From a virus (taxonomy: Duplodnaviria > Caudoviricetes): a DNA stretch of 35,666 bases. How positions within the stretch are numbered: the stretch's first letter is position 1; every line of letters begins with the position of its first letter. Made by a program: the position numbers and the translations under genes. This document shows positions 1 to 8,400 of this stretch, in pieces. The notes under the pieces are model-generated. The model made no database searches and was not told the DNA's origin. It was given only the letters and a program-made list of their open reading frames with translations. The DNA lies in IMG/VR virus record IMGVR_UViG_3300045918_000224, positions 1 to 35,666 of that record; one strand, written 5' to 3'.

Positions 1-217
1 CATTCGCGCTGGAAGTCATCGTCGTCGCGCCTGCACCGCTGGTAGATAACCCAGTCGCCCCAATCGTAGTAAACGCCCCCGTACTTGGCGTGGTGTTACC
101 TATCGGGGTGGAGTTGATGGATGTGGCGGTAACACCGCTCGCATTAAATGTAACAACGTCAGACCCGTTGAACTGTAATGAGCCATTACCGGTATTGTCT
201 TTTAACTTAACAGTCAT
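1..217 (-). CDS. 5' part of a probable tail fibre/virion protein (runs off the left edge)
   Basis: Not in the ORF track. ATG at 217 overlaps the upstream TGA (ATGA) and reads MTVKLKDNTGNGSLQFNGSDVVTFNASGVTATSINSTPIGNTTPSTGAFTT..., open to the edge. The TPIGxTTPSTGAFTT pattern is typical of fibre shafts. Confidence 0.75.
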   Translation of the reverse strand, partial: MTVKLKDNTGNGSLQFNGSDVVTFNASGVTATSINSTPIGNTTPSTGAFTTIGATGLSTSGAGATTMTSSAN

Positions 218-501
218 GCGAATGTCTCCTGAACCAGATATTTAACTGACTGCCCAAGCCATACACTTGAACCAATCACCACTTTCGCTTGCATTATATA
301 CGTTCCTGACTCGCTGAAGTCACCCGCAACAACAATATGCTCAATTGATTTGGTGTCCGCCCCAACCGTGGCAGGCCAAGAAGCTGAAACGCCAGAGGGC
401 TTTTTAACTTCAACTGTTACCGGCGATGCACCAACAATAACCACACCTACATTCAAGGTTATGACCGTACCAATGTCCGTCTTGTAACTATTAGACATCA
501 T
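214..501 (-). CDS. Small Ig-like virion protein (BppU N-terminal-like)
   Basis: 95 aa beta-rich; DIGT..KKPSG..W.A..GDFSESGTYIMQAKV pattern; located in the fibre gene cluster. Confidence 0.6.
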   Translation of the reverse strand: MMSNSYKTDIGTVITLNVGVVIVGASPVTVEVKKPSGVSASWPATVGADTKSIEHIVVAGDFSESGTYIMQAKVVIGSSVWLGQSVKYLVQETFA

Positions 502-1949
502 TCATCCTTTTTAATGAGCGATTGTAATGTCGCCTTAATATTTATTAGCGATTGCACTGCAACCGACTTAACAATCAATGAATCCTGAACTATCCGCTGT
601 GTAATGACTGATGACAGCTTAATAACCGACCGTACAACAGAACCAGCCACAGCGCTGATTGAACCTGCAAAGCTAACTGTACCAGCGCACGCCTGATAAT
701 AAAGATGCACCAGCCCGGAGGCTGTTGTTCCTGTGAATGACACTACACTAGATATTGATTTTGTAATCCTGCGGGTAATTCCTCCGACAAACGACAATGA
801 TGCTGTCATTAAATGTAATGTGGCACGGCTTATTGCGCCTGACAGAGTTAATACACCAACAACGGTCTTGGCAGTCTTTTTAACTGTACCCCCTGTGAAT
901 GATAAAGCACCTGCGCACGATTGATAAAATAGCGTACCACCGTGTATAAGTAATGACCCAAATGTACCGATAAAGGATAATGTCCCAACTATTGACCTTG
1001 CAATTAATTTGGAGGCAGACCCAACAAACGATACTGCTCCGGACTTGTGGGAGGAAGTTTGTTTGGTTTGAGTGCCAACGTAGGCTACTGATCCCACCAA
1101 GGTTTTGCCAACACCGCGTGCAATGCCACCGGCGCTGGTAAGCGTGCCTGCGCAAGTCTGATAGAACAGAGTTCCGCCGTGGATGAACGATGAACCTAAG
1201 GCTCCAATAAAAGACAGTCCACCAGCCGCCACTTTTCGTGCTTGCTTGGCAATCAGACCAGCAAATGCAACAGTACCGGCAATGCCTTTAAATGTTGACT
1301 TAGTAACTGCACCAGCTAAAGGTAGTGCCCCGACGGTTGCTTTAAGTGTACCCTTAACCGAAGTGCCAGCGAATGAAATAGCTCCTGCACAAGTCTGATA
1401 GAACAGCGTTCCACCGTGGATGAGAGATGTGCCAAGCGCCCCAACGAACGATAATGCTCCGACAACAGACTTGCTGATTGCGCGAGTGTTGACTCCGGTA
1501 AATGTCAATGCACCGGTTACAGTCTTCAACATAGAGCGAGTTTCAGCGCCCACAAATGATGCCGCACCGGACACTTTCTTTAACGCAGATTTAATTATTG
1601 CACCTGAAAATGAAACAGTTCCAACCACAGGTTTAAGTGTCATACGTGCAACAGCACCTGTAAAGTTGGTTGAACCTGTAACTCCCTTATAGGTTGTGCG
1701 TAATTGAGCGCCTGCCGTAGTTAAGCTGCCAGACACTTTCTTTGCTGTGCTACGAACTTCAGAACCTACAAAGGACAATGCTCCTGCACAAGACTGATAG
1801 AATAGCGTGCCTCCATGAAACAACGACGTTGCTAAGCCGCCGGCAAACGACACAGAACCACCTACAGATTGAGTGTAAGTGGTTCCTGATGCAGCGATGG
1901 TAGATGCTTCACCAATCGCCAGTTCGCCTATCGCACCGAAGCCTAGCAT
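498..1949 (-). CDS. Repetitive fibre-like virion protein
   Basis: 483 aa of ~18-aa KxxxGxxxFxGxxxR/K repeats punctuated by HGGTLFYQ(S/T)CAG units; N-terminal MLGFGAIGE motif. Confidence 0.7.
   Translation of the reverse strand: MLGFGAIGELAIGEASTIAASGTTYTQSVGGSVSFAGGLATSLFHGGTLFYQSCAGALSFVGSEVRSTAKKVSGSLTTAGAQLRTTYKGVTGSTNFTGAVARMTLKPVVGTVSFSGAIIKSALKKVSGAASFVGAETRSMLKTVTGALTFTGVNTRAISKSVVGALSFVGALGTSLIHGGTLFYQTCAGAISFAGTSVKGTLKATVGALPLAGAVTKSTFKGIAGTVAFAGLIAKQARKVAAGGLSFIGALGSSFIHGGTLFYQTCAGTLTSAGGIARGVGKTLVGSVAYVGTQTKQTSSHKSGAVSFVGSASKLIARSIVGTLSFIGTFGSLLIHGGTLFYQSCAGALSFTGGTVKKTAKTVVGVLTLSGAISRATLHLMTASLSFVGGITRRITKSISSVVSFTGTTASGLVHLYYQACAGTVSFAGSISAVAGSVVRSVIKLSSVITQRIVQDSLIVKSVAVQSLINIKATLQSLIKKDE
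687..1820 (-). repeat. Intragenic degenerate repeats encoding HGGTLFYQxCAG
   Basis: The YQ codons recur at 694, 922, 1159, 1396 and 1795 (spacings 228, 237, 237, 399 nt). Confidence 0.9.
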
Positions 1950-1955
1950 TTTATG

Positions 1956-2915
1956 TTACCAACAAAGGATAATTACTTGCCCCGCACCACCGCCTCCACC
2001 AGCGCCGCCTGTGGAACCTGTGAACATTGCACCACCGCCACCACCTCCACAGCCGATTGAACCTTTACCACCGTTAGCGCCCGCGCCCGTTGATGTTGGA
2101 CCACCGCCACCGCCGCCAGTGCCACCATAAGCGAATGCAAGTTTACCTGAGCCTTCAAATCCTCCTGAACCTGGAGTTCCAGCAGCAGCGACAGCACCGC
2201 CTGCACCACCGGCGAGTCCAGGTAATACGCCGACGCCAGTTATCGCACCACCAGCGCCGCCTGAAGCAGTGGTTGCTATAGCCCCCCCGCCTGTTCCAGG
2301 AGTTAGTGTGTTGCCTGTTGTGGCTGCTAATGAATATGCTGTTCCCGCTGTGGCTGTTGTGGCTGTACCGCCCGTGGTTCCTACGATGCCTCTAATATAG
2401 GATGCTGACGTCCCGAAGCCAGCCAACGGCATAGTTGCTATTGTGTCCGCCGTAGGAGCAGCACCACCAGCGGCGGCGGCAGTAGCGGCACCCGCAGCAC
2501 CACCGGCACCAGGATTAGCATGGGATAAACAATTCTGAACAACGGTGTCGGGATTGATGGATACCCACGAGGCAATACCAGCAGCACCGGCCACTCCTGA
2601 TCCTGAACCTCCAGCACCACCATGTCCGACACTGATAAACAGCAGGTCAGGCAAAAGGAAGGCAGGGACAATTACAATTGATTGATTACCACAAGCACCA
2701 CCGCCTCCTCCACCCGCCGCCGATGCAGCGCCTACAAAGCCGCCGCCACCACCACCACCACCGCCGATACACATGATGTACACCATCGAGATACCACGGC
2801 GTTTATTCCAAGTCTGCCAGCCGACACCGTTGGCTACAGCATTGGCATTGAATACCTGTAAGTCAGCGATTATCGAGTCAGGTGTGTGGAATGTATCTAA
2901 CATTAAATCATCCAC
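1956..2915 (-). CDS. Glycine-rich tail-associated protein
   Basis: 319 aa; W.K..G..MVYIMCIGGGGGGG start and GGGGGAGQVIILCW end are typical of phage glycine-rich domains. Confidence 0.8.
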   Translation of the reverse strand: MDDLMLDTFHTPDSIIADLQVFNANAVANGVGWQTWNKRRGISMVYIMCIGGGGGGGGGFVGAASAAGGGGGGACGNQSIVIVPAFLLPDLLFISVGHGGAGGSGSGVAGAAGIASWVSINPDTVVQNCLSHANPGAGGAAGAATAAAAGGAAPTADTIATMPLAGFGTSASYIRGIVGTTGGTATTATAGTAYSLAATTGNTLTPGTGGGAIATTASGGAGGAITGVGVLPGLAGGAGGAVAAAGTPGSGGFEGSGKLAFAYGGTGGGGGGPTSTGAGANGGKGSIGCGGGGGGAMFTGSTGGAGGGGGAGQVIILCW

Positions 2916-3082
2916 CCTAAACGTGGAGGATTAGCGTCCATGACGGAAGACCCTAATCCTGTGGGGGCGTGAGAGAACAATACGTTTCCTGTCTCATCCG
3001 TGTATTGCGTGACATTCCCGTAGGGGTCGATTTCTTGATAACCCACAGTCCCGTCTGAGAATTTGACCAAGATATAGTTCAT
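2903..3082 (-). CDS. Hypothetical protein (59 aa), possible fibre chaperone
   Basis: ATG at 3082 overlaps the upstream stop (TAATG); MNYILVKFSDGTVGYQEID...; fills the gap between two virion genes. Confidence 0.65.
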   Translation of the reverse strand: MNYILVKFSDGTVGYQEIDPYGNVTQYTDETGNVLFSHAPTGLGSSVMDANPPRLGWMI

Positions 3083-4098
3083 TAATATTTCCCTCCGACA
3101 ATACCTACCTGCCATCCAGCAGCTACAGCGGTTCCGAGGCCGACGTAAATTTCATAGCCCGGATCAAGCGCCAGAGCCATCGGGTAATCAATGTCGACTG
3201 TTGCCGATGATGCCGAAAGTGTAGTTGCTGGAAGCGATATTTCACCATAAAAGAACGAGTTATTCTTCGCTGGCTGTCCGTCATACGATGTGACTTGTGG
3301 AACCCCAGCAAGGTAGGTGTTCATCTGATGCGCTGGTATTAACTGCTCGTATTTCAAGGGGTCGGTTGCGCAAGTTGTGCTGCCTACTGTGGCACTCGTG
3401 CTGACTGTGTACGTGCCTGTTCTACCGTACGAACCATCAGCCTCAGCGGATGTTAATTGGTTCACGACGTATACCCCTGCCGCAATACCGGAAGCCATCA
3501 CGCTACCGATTGAGATAGCTGGGCAGATGCGTTTATCAGGGCAGGTAAGGATCGCGGTGACAGTCATCACAGTCGTGGATTGAGAGCCTGTGAACGTAGT
3601 GGTTGGAGCATAGAAATACTCTCCCTGTGCACCGGTCGCAAATCCAACGTGAACGCGATATGCTGTAATGCTAAACCCACTTGGAGCAGTCCATGACCAC
3701 AGCACTGAACCTGTTGGACCGGTTACGGCGACAGCGGAAGATTCTGTTGATATTGCGCCAATATCCCCACCCACGCCAATAGGTACTATTTTGGCGTACT
3801 GGCTTGATGTTTGGATTGACCCATTAGATGCTGATGCCGTACCGGTTGGAGTGCCAGATGCTGTTACAACTTGCTGGTTGCCTAGCCCGTTATTGACAAA
3901 CACACGAGCAACAGTCGCTACGTTAGTGCCTAAAGCCTTAAAGCGAATACGTTGGATATATCCGCCATTCGCGTCGTCAGCATCGAAGATTTCTTCGTTC
4001 AACGAACTGAAGCAAGTATAGTCATTAGCCGCTGCTGTGATGGGTGCTTGCCATTGTGTGTTACCTAAGCGGGAATATATAGGATCGGTGTTCGCCAT
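3082..4098 (-). CDS. Virion structural protein with an internal inserted segment
   Basis: 338 aa; GAGGAG RBS; conserved-looking ends (MANTDPIY..GTNVATVARVFVNNG / NNSFFYGEISLPATT..LGTAVAAGW..GGKY) flank a Thr/Ser/Gly-rich middle. Confidence 0.75.
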   Translation of the reverse strand: MANTDPIYSRLGNTQWQAPITAAANDYTCFSSLNEEIFDADDANGGYIQRIRFKALGTNVATVARVFVNNGLGNQQVVTASGTPTGTASASNGSIQTSSQYAKIVPIGVGGDIGAISTESSAVAVTGPTGSVLWSWTAPSGFSITAYRVHVGFATGAQGEYFYAPTTTFTGSQSTTVMTVTAILTCPDKRICPAISIGSVMASGIAAGVYVVNQLTSAEADGSYGRTGTYTVSTSATVGSTTCATDPLKYEQLIPAHQMNTYLAGVPQVTSYDGQPAKNNSFFYGEISLPATTLSASSATVDIDYPMALALDPGYEIYVGLGTAVAAGWQVGIVGGKY

Positions 4099-4107
4099 AA
4101 TTTCTCC

Positions 4108-4467
4108 TCATTGAAGGGGTGCTGCTCTGATTTGTGCATATATCAGACCGATGTTGGCGTTGTTGATATGTTCGGCCGATGGGGAACAGAATACAACCAA
4201 TCCAGCGCCAAAAGAGGATTTCATCCCAGCGCCAAGATTACTCGTCCTTATGAGGTCGCGGGACAAATTTACAAGGTTATTTAAAGTCCCCTTGCCAGTT
4301 TCCCAGTTACCAGCAGAGTCGTAAGCGGCATACGCGACATTATGGATTGGCTCTGGTCCAAACCCATGCGCGAATGTCTGGAAACCCGCCACCGCACCAG
4401 TTAAGATAAAATCAGCTGTTCCTGTGGTAGATGACGTTTCCCTTACGCGGTCTGCAAACTTAGGCAT
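4108..4467 (-). CDS. Virion structural protein
   Basis: 119 aa; ADRVRETSSTTGT..L.GA..GFQTF..WETGKGT motif, which is widespread in phage tail-associated proteins. Confidence 0.75.
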   Translation of the reverse strand: MPKFADRVRETSSTTGTADFILTGAVAGFQTFAHGFGPEPIHNVAYAAYDSAGNWETGKGTLNNLVNLSRDLIRTSNLGAGMKSSFGAGLVVFCSPSAEHINNANIGLIYAQIRAAPLQ

Positions 4468-4468
4468 A

Positions 4469-5047
4469 TTAGCCGCCAGCAGTTATAGTCAAAGTGTATG
4501 TAAACTGAATCGAATCGCCCGAAGCCACGCCAATAGAAGCAAATACTGTTCTATCCCACAATGTGCCTGTCGTAACAGCGGAGAATATGCCATGCTCAGT
4601 AATTGAGTGTGCCCCAGTATAGGCAATCGTCCCGATGGTGACATATTGACCGGAAACAGCACCCGATTGTGAACCTGTTGTACGGGCGTTGTCCGTAACT
4701 TCAGTTCCTAGTGCCGTGTCGGTAATGTTTTCTGCCACCGACCCCGTACCTGATGCGTGGAACTTAAACAGAGAGATATCTGCTGCACCAGTAGCCGCAT
4801 TGAAGTCGTCGCGCATGTAGTTTACGCCTGCGGTAGTTACGACCCGCTTGCCCACACAACCTAAATCAAGCGTTGAGCCATTGGCACGATGCACCACTGC
4901 ATTGAGTTCACCATAAGCGCGAACCACGTCGGTATCACCCAACATTCGAGCAACAGCACCTTCAACGACGATATAGGAACCGAGATAAAAAGCTCTCCAA
5001 TGAGCTTTCCAGTTGCGCAATTTATAGAGCAGTTGTTCGAGTTTCAT
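4469..5047 (-). CDS. Virion structural protein (tail/baseplate-associated)
   Basis: 192 aa; VVTTAG..GTGSVAE..TDTALGTE..ITEHGIF..GTLWDR..GDSIQFTYTLT pattern; AAAGGA RBS. Confidence 0.75.
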   Translation of the reverse strand: MKLEQLLYKLRNWKAHWRAFYLGSYIVVEGAVARMLGDTDVVRAYGELNAVVHRANGSTLDLGCVGKRVVTTAGVNYMRDDFNAATGAADISLFKFHASGTGSVAENITDTALGTEVTDNARTTGSQSGAVSGQYVTIGTIAYTGAHSITEHGIFSAVTTGTLWDRTVFASIGVASGDSIQFTYTLTITAGG

Positions 5048-5062
5048 GTCTGTCCTTTCGTC

Positions 5063-5084
5063 AGCGCCTCACGGCGTTAGTTGT
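5063..5084 (-). promoter_or_regulatory. 5'-UTR GNRA hairpin CGCC-GTGA-GGCG just upstream of the RBS
   Basis: 22-mer agcgcctcacggcgttagttgt matches 16877..16898 at 21/22 positions; both sit in the same position before an AAAGGA RBS. Confidence 0.7.
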
Positions 5085-5101
5085 GATTCAAGTCTATCCT
5101 A

Positions 5102-5112
5102 ATTATGCCACA
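5102..5112 (-). promoter_or_regulatory. Putative extended -10 promoter (TGTGG-CATAAT)
   Basis: Intergenic; TGn + CATAAT followed by TAGG; a similar GATAATTAGG lies at 16915..16924. No good -35 box. Confidence 0.4.
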
Positions 5113-5146
5113 TTTTTGGCCGCCAAGGTAAGCATATTGTTGCTAT

Positions 5147-5485
5147 TTACCCGACTTTCCACACCACACCATCTGAGTAGACTGGCACTTTCATAGCTCC
5201 GCTGCCTGCGACTGTCGCGCCCCATACCGGAGTTAGCGCGTCGATAACAAACGATCTAGCACCTGCCCCTACAGTTGCTGCCGCCGGTAATGTTGATACT
5301 ATGCGCGTTGACATTCGGAGTTCTCCGCTAACGGCCAGTCCATGCGCTAATGTAAGCAGTCCTGTCGCTGAATCAACAGTTGCACCCGCATCAGCAAATA
5401 ACAACGAATTGTTGTCAATATTCGCCTTGTATTGAGAAGCCGTTTGTGTTGTGCAGTCTGTTGTGACTGCCGCTATTGTTGTCAT
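5147..5485 (-). CDS. Short tail spike/fibre-tip-like protein (112 aa)
   Basis: ATG at 5485 directly follows the tail-tip stop; C-terminus TLPAAATVGAGARSFVIDA..VAGSGA.KVPVYSDGVVWKVG is a common fibre-end motif. Confidence 0.7.
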   Translation of the reverse strand: MTTIAAVTTDCTTQTASQYKANIDNNSLLFADAGATVDSATGLLTLAHGLAVSGELRMSTRIVSTLPAAATVGAGARSFVIDALTPVWGATVAGSGAMKVPVYSDGVVWKVG

Positions 5486-5486
5486 G

Positions 5487-8400
5487 TTATGCCCCCGTTG
5501 AAGTCCAATTAAATGTTCCGGTTGTCTCAGTGCCACCCGCAGTATATAACCGCGCTGTGAACGTCGTGGGCGATGTCGCTGTTACAACTCCGTACAAGCC
5601 TACCACAGTAGGCGTTATCGTCACTATTGGATTGTTGTGGTAACGGGACGGATATGTGATTGCTGTTCCACCCGTTGCCATAATAGTAGCCGCGCCGGAC
5701 TGTTGCAGTCCGGTTGTAGCATCAATCGTGGGTTTGAATGAATTAATGGCGGGTATTCCGTCCATCGTGTTGATAGACACTTTCATCTGAACATAACGTG
5801 CAGGCACAACACCGACCGACCACGGGAACCATGAGCTAAATGTGGGATATGTGGCTGTGTTGCAATACGATACACTCAATACAGGCGCTACCGCACCGTA
5901 ACTGGTTGGCGGAATATAACCTGTGATTTCCGACCACGCTCTATCATTTGAATCAAAACCAATATCTACCACCGGATGAATATATTCACAAACATCGTAA
6001 GGCTCAGGCACGAACTGATTGAATGTTGACCACCCGTCGTCAAGTTTATATGATAGGGTCTCGCTACCATTCGTCACCAACAAGCCTGTCCCATCATGTG
6101 TGGCAATGCAAGCTTGTGCACCGATGGAAGGAGTCTCACCAACCAACTGCAGCGCACCTCCTGACATGATAAAATATTCAAATATCACCTGACCGTTATC
6201 TGCATTAAATCCAGTGGCAAATATTTTAGTGCCATCGGGTGTTGAAGTGATGCCTTGGGTCAAGGTTGCTGGGTAAATCCCAAATCGAGTTGGGATGCCA
6301 GCTGATAAATTAAACCCTGCAATTGTATCGGCATTGGTTGCTGCCACATACAGCCGATTTCCCACCACCGTTGCGTAGTGCGGATATTCGCCGCCCGATA
6401 ACGACGTTGCCACTGGTGAACCAATAGGCACTAATGCACCTCCTGTAGCGTAACCCTGTATTGTGTCGTTTCCGTAATTAACCGAATAAATAAAAGCGCC
6501 GCTTGTGTCAACGACAATCCCATGTGGTGCGGAGCCGTATGCGCAATGCACAGGTACGTTGTCTATAGCATTCAGCACACCACTCGCAGTATTTCGTTCA
6601 AAGCATCGTATTGCGTCATCAGCGCATGAAATGTAAACCATCGTCCCATCAGGCGTAACCACTAAGTCTCGTGGGTTGCCACCTAAAGTTCTTGCGCTAG
6701 CTGCCGTGCCGGATGTTGAGTAGTATGGCGATAAAAAAGCTGCAATTTCAAATTGCGCTCCCCAAATATCAACGGTCTGCCCGATTAACCCGCCATATAG
6801 TTGAAAATTAAACAATGTGATGAATAGGTTTGAGTCAACCGCTGTAAGCGTCAATCTGAACCAATCACCGCCGACTGGGATGGCGTCTGCTGTCACAATA
6901 GACATCGTTCCCGTGTGGGACGTTGTCACGGTTCCATTCAACGGGTTCAGCACTACCGAGGCACTTGCCCCTGTTCTAGTTAACGACAATGTAATGGATG
7001 TTGTTGTTACGCGCCGTACATAAACGGATGCTGTCATCGGCAGTGTTGCCGCAGCGGTAAGGCTATTGTGGAAAACCATACTAACTGTAGATGTGTTTAC
7101 TAACCTGAAAGCTGTGTCTGTGCCATCGGGTGCAGAGTTGCCGCTTGTCACTGTGCTTCCAGAGTACCTTGTCCAATATGCGGTACCAAAATCCTGTGAA
7201 TACGGGATTAAATTGCTCGACGAAATTGGTGCAACACCATAGTTATGCGGTTCATTTAACGTGCGCGTGTATGCGCTTAACACTGAACCCGATTCCAATT
7301 GTTCTCCCCAAACAGTTACGCTGCCGGTACCTGTGCCTGTATATGATGTCACAGTATCACCATTGACCAACATAATTGTTGCGGCGCCGATAGTTGGGTT
7401 GACGCTGCCGACTGAGGAAACAGAACAACGGAACCATCCCGCACTTCCTGCGCCTGTAATCATGGCGTTGGTTAAGTTGCTTCCCACGGTTCCTACTATG
7501 CCGCTGGCGAGATTGAACCACGCTAAATCAGCAGACGATGTACTAAATCCCATTGCCACATATCCCAATGATCCAGCTTGGAAGTGGCAACTGTACGTGT
7601 ATTGACCGGTAATAGGAACGGGTCGACTTAATGTGTGAACACTTGCAACTGCCGTATCATATAGTGTATCGCCCAGTGTCTGCGAGTCAGGCGCATAAAC
7701 TAAATCAGGTGAGATTGATACTTGCGTCATCAGCCTGTCAACCGGGAATGAATCAGAATAGGTCAACAGGTTTTCTGAAGGCTCACCGTAATAGGTCGAG
7801 TGTTTTTCGATAAACGTCAACGTGCCATCGGATGATTTCGTAAACACCCATATCTCAGCACCATCGTTGGCTGTGGCGTAAACATTATTGCCGTCTGCCG
7901 ACATGGTGATGCCATAAGTGCCACTGCCACACGGATAGGACGTGTTGTAGGAGAGAGTTCCATCAGATGCTTTATTGAGCAGCACAATAGAACCCGGATA
8001 AGTCGGAAGTCCATCCGATACCAAATACCCATAATTGGCTACATACACAAACGCACCTGTAGGGTCTTCGCAGCATTGCTCAGGGACATCACCAAGCACA
8101 GAATTAACAAAATTCATAGCAGAACCGGCGATAGCTAGGTTAGAGCTGTCTGGAAATAATGTTCCGTTGGGGTGTCTGACCAGATGATTTAGCGTACCCA
8201 CCCACGCTGGAGATTCCTCCTCAGAGTAAACTATCGTATTCAGATTGGTGATATTGATGATGAACGTGGCAGGCGTAGCGGAATATCGTCCTGCAATATC
8301 GACTGCGCAACACATCAAAGTCCAATATCCAGGCGGCACTTTTGCTGTGGTTATTTGAGTTCCCTTAGTAGAACGGGTAATAGCAATCCCGTGCGCCCAG

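Noticed and set aside
687-1820. Repeats as DGR template/variable regions
   Set aside because: Short, in-frame, mostly synonymous differences that are not adenine-specific; no reverse transcriptase in the window.
1956-2915. Gly-rich protein as collagen-like or PE-PGRS
   Set aside because: No sustained Gly-X-Y register and no PE domain; fits a phage glycine-rich tail domain.
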